Assembly (NCBI RefSeq): GCF_037042905.1
Contig: NC_087248.1
Span: 13,330,001 to 13,394,000, forward strand
DNA: 64,000 nucleotides
Reading direction: 5' to 3'
DNA from: Lytechinus pictus
Lineage: Eukaryota
The stretch's first letter is position 1. Every line of letters begins with the position of its first letter. The notes beneath the pieces were generated by a model. That model was not told the origin of the DNA and ran no database searches. It saw only the letters and a program-made list of their open reading frames with translations. The translations under genes were made by a program, and so were the position numbers. Of the stretch, positions 14,501 to 25,400 are shown in pieces.

Positions 14501-14950
14501 GAATAATCAGTCGTTCCCCTCTTGGATGTTCAGGCCATGAGGTTGGGTGGTGCGAAGTCGTCTCATCCAGAGCTTCTCTCTGCTAGTACGGACTGAGTCA
14601 GGACGGGTACTTAAAAAAAACCCATAAGTCTGTGCCAGCAGACTAATGGCCAACCTCGGAATACATTATCACATGATGGTGGTGCTATGTCAGAATGAAG
14701 CTGATACAAGATAGTTCCTTAACTCCACTGACAGTTTACTTTGGATACAAGATTAAACATTCTCGAATTTACCGCCATCATTCTTAATGTATTCAAGTTT
14801 TCTTGTCTTTTGATTATATTTTGGGGACGAGGGAAGATCGCCAATCATGGGCATCCCACCGAAGTATGGTGGGCCACACCAAGGGCAACCTGTCCCCTTA
14901 GAGAAATTCCTCACAGACTAATAAGCTGTGGAACCTAGGGCTACCTAGGC

Positions 14951-14981
<31 letters not shown>

Positions 14982-17443
14982 ATGGTGTCATAATGGTTGA
15001 CTCACAACTATGAATTTTCACTGCATTTTTAAAGTGATGGTTAGTGAACAGAAAAATCACTTAAATTCACTTATTTTTGCAAATCTTATCTGAATATCAA
15101 CAAATTTGTTTTCATCTGCATTCTGAATAATTTCTGAAGATAGTGAGGTTAGTTTTGTTGAGGTTTGCATTTTGCAAGTGTTGATATTATGTAAAAAATC
15201 AATTTCTGCATACTTAATGAGATATGCAAATGAAGTGATGCATATTCATGATGTGTAGATCAAGCAGACAGAGCAGACTTTTCCTTATTTTTGAGGGGCA
15301 TGCTACATGATTTAGATATTTTTCTGAGGATAGTGTTGTGGAGGTTTATGTTTCATAGGTGTCCATATCATAAATTCAGTTTCTGCATATATAATGAGAT
15401 ATGCAAATGAGTTGATGCATATTCATATGTAGTTCAAGCACACAATGCATACAGCACACAGCAAACTCTTCGTGGTTGTTACTATTTTGGACAGGGCTCT
15501 TATTTGATATTTGTCTGAGTGAATGCTGAGACATTCTAGATGGGCTTATTGATTGTTTTTAATTACTTTGAGGAGAAAAACAATAGAAATAAGACAGAAC
15601 AAAAAGTGAATGTCCACTTTGAGGGTATTATGCACCAATTTTTTTTGTTTTTTTGTTCATTGGCAAAGCCCTGATAATCTGCTATGTTATGGACCTTAGT
15701 TTACATTATGTGCCATAAATTGGCATGCTTTATTTAAATTTTAATTAGGCTTATAGTCTGACCAAATGCTGCTCTTAGGGGTACATTGTCAGAGGTTTTC
15801 TGACATAGCAACACAATATATTTCATTTGTTGTTTGAACATTTTTTTTTCATATTGGAAAATGATTGAATGAATTCCATGCTCTTAGATATTAAGAATGT
15901 CTGTAGTAGATCATTTGTTATGAAAATATGTCAGAAAGACTTGTGTGAGGTTTTCCCAACCTAGCATGCAAGGTGTATCTACTGGTATGTACATGTATTG
16001 TGCAAAACTAATTCTTATTTCATTCATCTTTCTCACACATCTCTTTCTTGCATTCCCCAACTTGTTCTCCTCCACACTTATTTTACTTCTCCTCTTACCT
16101 ATTTCTCACACTTTCCATTTCTTTCTATTTCATCATATCTCTTTATTTTTCTCCCCCTCTCCATCTCTGTCATATATTTCTGCCCTCCCCACCTCTTCCT
16201 CTCTCTCCATCTCTTTCTACCTCATCCTACATTCTTATTTCCTCCTTTTTCTTTTTCCTCTCCTTTTTTCTCCAAATTTCTCTCCATCTCTCCCTTTCTT
16301 TCTCCTTTCACAGGGAGCACCAAGATCTTGCCAAGCAGATCCGTGAGTCAGAAGACCCTCTCATCAGGGAGGATCTAGAGAGGGAGCTTGATAACCTGGT
16401 CTTCAAGATGGAGGCCAAGGGAGACCAGATTGCTAAACTCAAGAAACATAAACAACAGGTAGGTTTGATTGCATTCAGAATGCCTCTTGAATGATTAATT
16501 TATCGTTATTCTGGGCTCCATTCCATAAAAAAGTTGCTATGACACCAACTCTTGCTGGAATATCAACTTTCATTGGAAGAGCCAATCAGGCAGCAGAATT
16601 TTCACTGTTGTCATGGTAATTGACATTCCAGCAAGAGTTGCTATCATATCAACTTTTTGTGAATCAGCTTTTGTCAGGATCGTTCAGTACATACATGTTG
16701 TACTTATATTTGAAACATTAATTCATATCAGTTTATCTAAGCATGGATCTGGTTCAGATTTTTTTTAAAAGTGAACTTTCTGATGTACAGGATTGGTTAT
16801 TTGATTAGCTCTCTTGCTATTTTCAAATTAGTATTAAAAACATTATTTTGGAGGTATTTTCCCTAATATTATCAGTTGTACATTGCCTCGGTTCCGATTT
16901 TCATTTATTATCATTGCTGTATTTGTGTGTTTGTAAACAATATAAAAATCATGAATCAACTTGTAGATATGTTGAATAATTACATTTTATCATTAAGGTA
17001 TATATGCTAAAATATTTGCTTAAAAATGTAGCTGTATGTGTGTTTTTTCTTGTTAATGAAGAGTTTGTTCTAACCATAATTTATCATCATTGATGAATTT
17101 GAGATATATGTACCGTGGATTGGGATACCTTGCTAAGAACACTCCCTATCATTAAACTCACTAGAGTTGTTTGCATTAATTTCAGCTTTCTGGAAAGCCA
17201 AAAAAGACAAAAGCCCCCAAAGTACAGAAGACCAAGCCTAGATCAATAGGAACAAGACATTCATCTGACCCTTCCAATTCAAACGGAGCGGAGGTGCAGG
17301 TCATCACCACGGTGAAGACCAAAGGTAGAGGGGCGGGGCCTATCCATGTGTCAAACGGCGATTCCAAACGAAACCTACAAATGCTGCGGGATATGCAAGT
17401 GCTGCAGACATCATTACGCAAAGACGATGTCAGCTGGGATTAA
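5537..17443 (+). CDS. CEP57: Centrosomal protein CEP57/translokin family (CEP57/CEP57L1 homolog), 9 coding exons, 516 aa
   Basis: Exons 5537-5572, 8414-8645, 9158-9343, 9823-10064, 10885-10962, 11943-12101, 12575-12789, 16314-16458, 17186-17443. All introns are GT-AG with consistent phase; total 1551 nt ending TAA. Family motifs: PESNSRAVVSALRGLQEKIRKLELER, LLEKQLEYMRRM, IPFVVGKSTTPSHSVNANLQ, LERELDNLVFKMEAKGDQI, C-terminal NLQMLRDMQVLQTSLRKDDVSWD. The short first exon is the least certain. Confidence 0.92.
6054..6536. mobile_element. MITE-like element with repeated GTATTACCGA subterminal motifs
   Basis: Left end tagtatagtgagtgatggtattaccga; right end gttcggtaatacgatccactaccatacta (inverted); an internal copy of the motif at ~6301. 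Confidence 0.5.
11212..11395. mobile_element. MITE with 6-bp TSD (hAT-like)
   Basis: CAGGGGTGTGAGAGT ... ACTCACACCCCTT; TGAATG duplicated at 11206-11211 and 11396-11401. Confidence 0.65.
13545..14611 (-). mobile_element. 5'-truncated Penelope-like retroelement (GIY-YIG endonuclease C-terminus, 3' region and hammerhead)
   Basis: Minus frame 14611-14507 reads STRPDSVRTSREKLWMRRLRTTQPHGLNIQEGND*, matching the RE-x2-W-x3-L-x-T-x2-P-x-GLN end of PLE GIY-YIG domains. It is followed by a pyrimidine-rich 3' region and a hammerhead motif. Confidence 0.8.
13576..13614 (-). ncRNA. Minimal type I hammerhead ribozyme (PLE-associated, variant core)
   Basis: Minus strand GCCU-CCGACGA-A-GAUUC-UGCUA-GGAUC-GAAA-GC-UU-AGGC: stem I GCCU/AGGC, stem II GAUUC/GGAUC, palindromic AAGCUU in place of helix III. 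Confidence 0.7.
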
Positions 17444-17453
17444 AAAAGAGCAG

Positions 17454-17723
17454 GGCCCCGTCTTACAAAGAGTTGCACATGATCCAATCAAACGCAACTT
17501 ATGGAAAGCCATGAAAGTCAACATAAAAAATATTTATATTTTTTTTAAATTCTAGATATTAATGTATATCCATAAATTCATTGATTTCTTGACAATTTGG
17601 CGTGTTCTCTTTCGTTTACAAAGGACATTTTGCAAATTTCCTGTAGAAAAAATTATGACACTAATGGATTTCCATAGAGAAATGATCGATTGGATCAATT
17701 GTAACTTTTTGTAAGACGGGGTC
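17454..17723. mobile_element. Harbinger/PIF-like MITE, CAG TSD, 10 nt after the CEP57 stop codon
   Basis: cag|GGCCCCGTCTTACAAAGAGTTGC ... GTAACTTTTTGTAAGACGGGGTC|cag; a related copy lies at ~33481-33887. Confidence 0.75.
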
Positions 17724-17865
17724 CAGGTCTCAAATGTTTGGGAATAAACTTCAACTATGGAAAGCCTGCAGTGTCCTAATTTATTGTATAAATGGCTTGT
17801 GCGCTGTCCCTTTTAACTACACCAAAAATGGCACTGTTTTATTTGATGACACATGCACAATCCTT

Positions 17866-18236
17866 CAGAGTATTGTGACCTAACATGTGTAAGATGATGA
17901 ATTATGATATTGCTAGCTTTCCGTAGATAAGATTAATTTCAATTTGATGACATATATAAACATTCCTTTTATAGAGCATCATGCTCTAACATAAGTATGT
18001 GAGATAATGAACTATGGAGCTCATGACTTTCCATAGATATTGAGAGTAAATGTAATCTGATGATGCCTTTTAGAGCATCATGCAATAAGATAAATTTGTG
18101 AGATAATGAAGTACGGTGCTGTCAACTTTCCATAGTTAAGCTTTATTATAATCTGACACATTGCTTTAGAGCATCATGCCCTTTCAAGACAATGAATTAT
18201 TGTGCTGCTGGCTTTCCATAATTACATTTGATCTGA
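17866..18236. repeat. Degenerate tandem array of four ~96-107-bp units
   Basis: Units start at ~17866, 17973, 18072 and 18168 and share agagcatcatgc, gataatgaa, ctttccatag and atctga. Confidence 0.7.
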
Positions 18237-18827
18237 ATCAACCACATTCTTGTGTGTAGCACATGGAGCATGTTAGCACATGGAGCCATCAAGTTTTTAA
18301 TAATTCCCATGGAATTCTAAAGGATATCACAGTGCTACCAATTCCTACAAGAAGTCTTGAACTTGCCGAGTTGTGAAGTTATAAATATTGGAACATAAAA
18401 TATTTAAAGTAAAAGCTTCAAATTGTGACCTTGTTATTGAATCATGGAAAATCATTGGTCATACATGTTCATGTAATTCACAGTAGAGGTACCAAGGTAA
18501 CGGGCAATTATAGAGTGATACAACGGAAATATGTCATCTTAGGAACTTTTCACTAGTGTGAGGTATCACTCATTTATTACTACTTCAAAACAAATCAGTC
18601 AAAACAATTTCACCATTGCTGAAAGTTATTATTATATAAAGTGAAATTTGATTTACGATGCCGATTTGTCAAGCCATTCAATACCTCACATTTATATTTT
18701 GTAGAGTGCAATTCTGCTGCTCTCAGATGCACTCTTGCATAAAACAAAGATACATGAAAGTTCATTCTGGTATTTCAAATTCAAATGACCAACTCTCATC
18801 CTCAAATGAAGAGAAAAACATATAACG

Positions 18828-19227
18828 CAGACCTGCCAACCTCTGGGAATGAAAAATTGTATTCTGTGTTTAAAAAAGTGTATTTTTCCTCTCAAAAGTG
18901 TATTTCATGCGTATAGCGCACTCGCTCATCGCGGCGCTCAAGCTGCATGCAAGCTAAAATGTGCACTGCTCTTGCAGAAAAAACAACAACATTTAAACAT
19001 GTGTATATCTCACCCTGGTTTTAACAAAATGATTGAAAAAAAAACAAGTTACCGGAAATTACATTGATCTAATAACCATATTTGTGTAAGTTTTATGAAA
19101 TAGAGACATTATAGAGATGATTTTTTTTTTTTACAAAAAACATATTTTTTAAAGAAAAAACGTACTGCCGTATTTTGGTTGCAAAAACGTACTAAATACG
19201 CCCAAAATGTACTGGTTGGCAGGTCTG
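18828..19227 (+). mobile_element. CAGACCTGCCAACC MITE, 6-bp TSD
   Basis: Perfect 14-bp TIRs; ATAACG at both flanks (18822-18827, 19228-19233). Confidence 0.85.
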
Positions 19228-20048
19228 ATAACGTATTACACATGTGTTGAATATAAATTTTGTTGGAACTAAATCAATAGACTCCACACTTGGCAATAAA
19301 ATCTGTGGTCTAATTTGTTTCTGAATATTAATATGCACTAATGCATAATTCATATTCTCTATATTAGTACATGTACTATTTCCAAAAAGTAATTTATTGA
19401 ACTCGTACTGCACTGTGTACTTTTCTGTTGCTGGATTTATGTACAAATTTGAAATGTTTATTGATGCACAAAGCAGGCGGCTGCAAATGTATATTGTTTA
19501 TGTTTAAATGGCTTGATTATAATTTATTTCTTCCAATTTAACAATGTGTGTTCAACAAATATATCACGAGTACATGTATGTACTGTATCTAATGTTATTG
19601 AAGGTTGCCAAATTATTTTGTATATATGGGAAATGTGGATAATTAATATTCATTCTTTATCTTTTTAGTATTCGCTCAGTATTCAATAGAAAAGCCAAAA
19701 TGATGGATATTTCGACTGATTTCTCTCTCCGACTAACTGAAATTTATAATTAGAACCTTTCCTATATCTATGGACAATTTGGTATGTCTGGTTAGTCTAA
19801 AATGATAGTGGTTGCAGAGGGATGGGGAAGTATGTCTGTTGTTAATATACTTTAGTCATTTGGGTGAAAAACACGATTTAATTAACCCCAATCAGACTGG
19901 GAGTGTGATCAGAAGTTCCACACACGTGTTGGTAAAAACATAGAGCATTCACCATTGTGTTTAATGTCCTTTTGGAACTCACATGATTTAGACTAAATTC
20001 AAGTGTTGGCAGGACCATACCCGAATTTGCATAGCTAATATAACCTAG

Positions 20049-20165
20049 GGCCTGGTTGCAGAAAGACTCACAATCAAAGCCAACTTGATTTTCGACCAAT
20101 TAGAAGCATGCATTTATGATTTTGTTTAAGTTCAATTTGAATGCAATTCTTTCTGCAACCGACCC
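20049..20165. mobile_element. Harbinger-like MITE
   Basis: GGCCTGGTTGCAGAAAGA ... TCTTTCTGCAACCGACCC, flanks tag/cag; a related decayed copy at ~21745-21892. Confidence 0.55.
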
Positions 20166-22434
20166 CAGAGCTGATTATGGTCAACTGGAAATGTTTGAAA
20201 TTGGCCGTCGTGTTTGACAAACTACTGATGACCCACCGACACCATTCATGTTATCAGAACAATCAAATTTTGAATTAATGTGAATGGTCGCTACCTGCAT
20301 GGTCTCTATATTTGGGACGGGGCAAAACTGTTGCATCTTATTTTTATTTGTCATGACAAATGTGAGGGCACTCTCATTTGATATTGTTTAAGGAATTTAA
20401 CTCTTGATCGGCACACAGGCTGAAAATGTGTTGTGGGAAAGAAAACTAAGAGGTGGGAATATTTTGACAGTGGAAAACAAGGGCTGCAGTTATACTGCAT
20501 TCAATTGAGCAGTCTTCCAATCGACATGAAAAGTGGATTCATTAAAAAAAGAATTCTCTCAACTTCGAGATGCAAGGTTCGGTTACCCCAGCTACAACAT
20601 TCCATTTCAGTGTTATAGCTACAGTGGACGGCAGTCGTCGGGCCTAACCGGCACAGAAGATTTCGGACCACCACTCGTCATGAAAAACACTGCTTCCGTC
20701 CACCACTATTTTTAAATGAAAAGTGTTTCAAAACTAACTCCTTGCAAAGAGGAATTGCACTTGCATTCATTTCCATCTTTAATCTTGTTTTATTTGCATA
20801 ATTTACATTGTATATTCTTATATTTGATAAATATTAGTTCTTTTTAAAAGATTGGCTAATGACATGTCTAATTGTGATTACGTTGATGTTCCTTCATTTT
20901 TGGCTGTAAGACCGCTAAATCGGCCTGAAAAAAATTTGTAATGCCGAGAAATAGTGACCATCACTAAAATGGGTTAGCTAGGACACTGGTTGCCATGATG
21001 AAATTAATAATGAAATGAAAGATACATCAGTTTTCTGAATATTGCCAAGATTCTGACTTTGGTGCATTTGTGAATGTGGAAATACATTTTATCAAACATA
21101 TTTTATAAAGGGAGAAGTATTTAGTCTGGTGCACACACAGAGATATCACAAACTGGATTGGATGATATTTGTAATTTGTAAATAAAGTATATTTATTTTC
21201 ATTGATCCTACCATTTATCAATCAACATACAATAAACAAGATAAATAAAATCTGTTTTCAGTACTTATTATACCAAGCTACTGTGTGGTATTTGGTGTTC
21301 ATTTGTCCTAAAACATTTGAAAAATGATATTTGTTTCAATGAGCCTTGACGCCTGGAAAGAAGGAAGATTAAAAAGATAATACAAACAAGAGATAAAATG
21401 TGACCATCTGCAGAAAAAAAAAGCCGCAAGACAAGGTTATTTGTAATTAGCAGAAAAAGTAATTTGGTCTTCAAAAATGAAAATTGTGATAAGACTGAAT
21501 TCTGTTTCCATCTGATTTTGATGAAATTTCAGCATTAGGCTTGATTAGTTTTCTTTTTATTATTCAAAAGAGAGAAGGCAATTAATCTGAATCTTTTCAA
21601 TTGTAAAAATTCAAATTATCAAACAATCAGTGGATGAAACAAAACTCATTAAAGATTGTAATGTTACAATTATAATTGGACATAATTCACATGATCAGAC
21701 TTTTACCACAGCTTTAACCTTGATGAGTTTTAGTCAAGAAACAGTGGCTCCAGTGCAGAAAAGGTTATATTTTATTGAGAGTAAAAGATCATGCAAGTCC
21801 TAATGCATGCTTACAATTGGTTAAAAATCAAGTTGTGTTTGATATTTGGAGTTGCATTTGATTGTAACTCTTTCTGCAACTGAACTGGCCCTAGATGTAA
21901 GTACTTCATGAGTAGTCAAGGCCCTCTCCCATAACACTTTTAACAAATGAGAACAATGGCAAAATAAAATTCTTTAGGACATTTTTCAAGAAAGAATTCA
22001 TTTAATTTGTTGTCACTGAAAACTCACAAGGCGGCAAATTATAAAATCCTATCGATGGGCATTCCATTTCTTCCGCTTTTTGTTCCTCTTTAAGTGTAAG
22101 ACGGAATAAATTTGTTAAAGATTTTGCTCCATTCACTTTTGACCCCGATCGATCAGGGGTGTTTCACAGAGGATTCTGATGCAAAATAAAAATTAGATGC
22201 CAATTGTATGTGGTAACTACTAAACACCACCGCATGATCAGATCATGCCCATGTGACGCTTTTCCTGCATATTAATCATGAACTTGCATGTTACATATCA
22301 TATGCACGTTGGCACTTTCCTATTTCTGGAACTTCCCCCCTGAAAGGAGATTGTCAAATAAATCACAGGGTTTTGTCATCCTCGTTCACAAGGCAAAGAG
22401 TAATAACATTTAATTGCAAGAGAGATGAGTTCAT

Positions 22435-25400
22435 TCATCCCTTTCCCTTGCCCTTTCTCATCTTCTTTTTACTCCCCTCATCAAATACAATATCTGGTCT
22501 TTGTCCATTCCTCTTCTTCCTCATCTCCTCCATGCTCTTCCTTTTCCTGTTCTTCTCTTTGAAGGCCTCCTCGGCCTTGATTGGTCGGATGATGGTGCCT
22601 ATCTTGGTGCTGACCTTGGGCGTGGTCAGGGCCTTGACGGCAGAGGGGGTGTTCCAGGTACTGCCGACGGGGGCTCGGATGCTCCTCTCAAACTGCTCGG
22701 TGCTGGTGAAGGGGAACGGAAGGCTATTCACCTGTACGAAGGATAGACGATTCAATTTATACACATACATTAGCTCGCCAAGATATGGAAACTATATTAC
22801 AGTGAATTTGACATGCGTATAATCTATTGAGGATGTAATATGGCTAAATAAAGAGCAAATGATTCACCATGTGAAGGATCTTGTAATTGTCCTGGAGGCA
22901 AACATTTTACTGGTAGCTTTACCATCAACACAATTATCATTATCATCATCACCACCACCACCATCATAATCATGACCACCACCGACACCGTCACCACAAC
23001 CATCATCATCATTACCATCACATCATCATCAATACCATCACCATCAACAGTTTTCTTTCCCCCTCTCACCTGATGTATAGCAATCTTCTTATCCCTATCC
23101 TCGTTGATGATCACATGAGCTAATTGGGCATCTTGTCTTGGGGCTTGAGGTTTGGCCTTTATAATAAACCTGAGAATTTGACAAAAAACATGCAAACATT
23201 CAATGGTGCTACAGTCATTCATGGTCAATCAAAACAAATACAGTTTAATAATTATCCCTAGACTGCTTGAAGTAATCTGCCCTATGTATGAACTTCAACT
23301 CTTTACTACATTTTACCAAGGAAAATTTCTTTCTTCCCCCCCCCCCAAAAAAAAATGAAATGACAAATGTATCTTGCCTTTCTTTTAGTTCGATGCAATG
23401 AAAATATGCGTTTTATCACATCAACATGTTCATTCCAACAATTTTCTATTTACATTGTAACATATTGATATCAAAACAAGTTGACAATTACTTATAATTT
23501 TAATAGGGAAACTATAAATTACAAGCTCTGCTTTTTAATAGTTTGCCCTTCATATCCTCATCTTATTGATTTATCTGTCTTCAATCTGAACGCTCAATTG
23601 TATAACATTTGTCTTATTTATTATGAATAATTGTGATGTATTGTATTATTTTTTTATTAATGATTTACTGTCTTTCGATGGACATTACATTGTATTTGAT
23701 ATTTTATGAGATATGAAAAATAAACGAAACTGAAACATTCAAAGTATCAAAGGTATCATGTTAATTAACAGAATTACAAGAAAATTGAGTTATTTTCACA
23801 GAACACAAATGCATGCATTACAGTGGAATGATTCCTATATTTACATGCTTCTCTTCATCCATTTTTTTTGGGGGGTATTCTGAATTAACAGTTTGAATGT
23901 TTTGACCTTGTCACATGGAGTTGCCCCTAAATACATAGTCATATCACTTCGTTTCTAGTTCCCTTTTTTTTTTGGGGGGGGGGAGAATCAGGGGTGGCAC
24001 TCAAGTCTGATGTAATTTTCAGATAATTTCATACTTAATTTAATCTCTTTTAGAGGTGCAGACCATATGATACAATATTTAAATTCTTAGCTAGTGATTT
24101 CCATCACTCCCATTGCCATAATAAAGGATCATCATTTAACAAAGGTAAGGCAACTTGTCAACAGTCTGTGCAGCATCTTCTGGCTGGAATCTCGCTTTAA
24201 AGCTATTTCATTTCCTAGTAGCTTGCCCGTATTCTCCATTATTTTGTCTATGATAAAATGTGAAGATTGGTAATCATAAGATTCCTTTTGGGAAAAATAT
24301 GGCTCTGCTATTGACAAGGTGCTTAACCCTAAAAGAGCCGGGTTATTTGGACCCATCTCACAGCCGAGGGGGGCAGATTCCGCCCTTCCATCGTGCGAGC
24401 GCCGCGAAAATTTCTGATCATACACAAGACAAAATTAATCTAATTTAATCAGTAAAAGTAGAAATAATACATTTATGAATTTTGGCTAAATACACAATTT
24501 GCAGTGGATTTGTACATGAATTCACGTTTTTGAGCAGTTTTGGGTCTGACATGCACTTACATAATGTTGCGTAATTTTGTAACCGCCTACCCAGGCATCG
24601 CAAATTTGGTCTCAAAAGTTGTGCGAGATTTGAAAGTAAAAAGTCAGTGAGCGGTGCGGTTGAAAAATTTCACGCGGCGGATTTATCACGAAAATGCAGA
24701 GGGGGGGGGGGGGGGGGCAGATTCCGCACCCCCCCCCCGGGGCTTTTAGGGTTAATGGGTCAGATATTATTGCATTGTATTATTCACCTTTTCCGTTTCT
24801 TCTTTGATGTCTCTACACCCGTTCCTCCCCAGTCTCCCCATCCTGGAAGAGTAAGGTCAATGTCCTTTGGTTTGTCCTTCTCAACTTTTGCTTTCTTTTC
24901 TTCCTTGAACTCTTCCACTACATCATCGTCTTCAAATGCTTGCATGATGTTCATGCGGTGGTCCATTCCTCCATCATCCCCTTGTTCCACCAGCACCGGC
25001 ATTGCAGACTTCAACATATCCTTCGGCTTCACCACAAAGACTTTGCTTGGATCAACAATGCCTGTGGATTTCTTTGTGTCTTCCTCCTTCTCCACACTGT
25101 TGTCACCTTGGACAACATCATCGGATGGCTTCTGTGGCAACTGTTTTTTCTGCTCCTCCAGTCTATGGAGCCAGTCTTGATCGTCGAGGGAGGAGTGTGT
25201 CTGACGTCTATCAACGCCTTCCTCCAGTTGGGACGCCTCTGCATCATCATCTTCTTCTTTATCATCCTCCTCCTCAACATCCACTTCAATGACCTTGACT
25301 TTTTTCTGCTTTCCCTTCTTGTCGGCTTTCCTTGACTTAGTCCGTTCTTGTTTTGCAACCCCTTTGCTCTTCTTCCCTTTCTTCACCACCTCAACTTCAT

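Larger units (their letters stand above)
13155..14645. mobile_element. TAGTCTG...CAGACTA long-TIR MITE (Academ-like termini) whose right arm is split by a Penelope-like insertion
   Basis: The left arm 13155-13216 is the reverse complement of 13508-13541 joined to ~14617-14645. Confidence 0.6.

Noticed and set aside
15945-16378. Hydrophobic Phe/Leu/Ser-rich ORFs
   Set aside because: Translations of the polypyrimidine tract; only 16314-16458 is coding.
20433-20618. Possible BED-finger/hAT transposase remnant (KRWEYF...YC)
   Set aside because: Only the W-x-YF is present; the Cys/His pattern is incomplete and there is no downstream transposase sequence.
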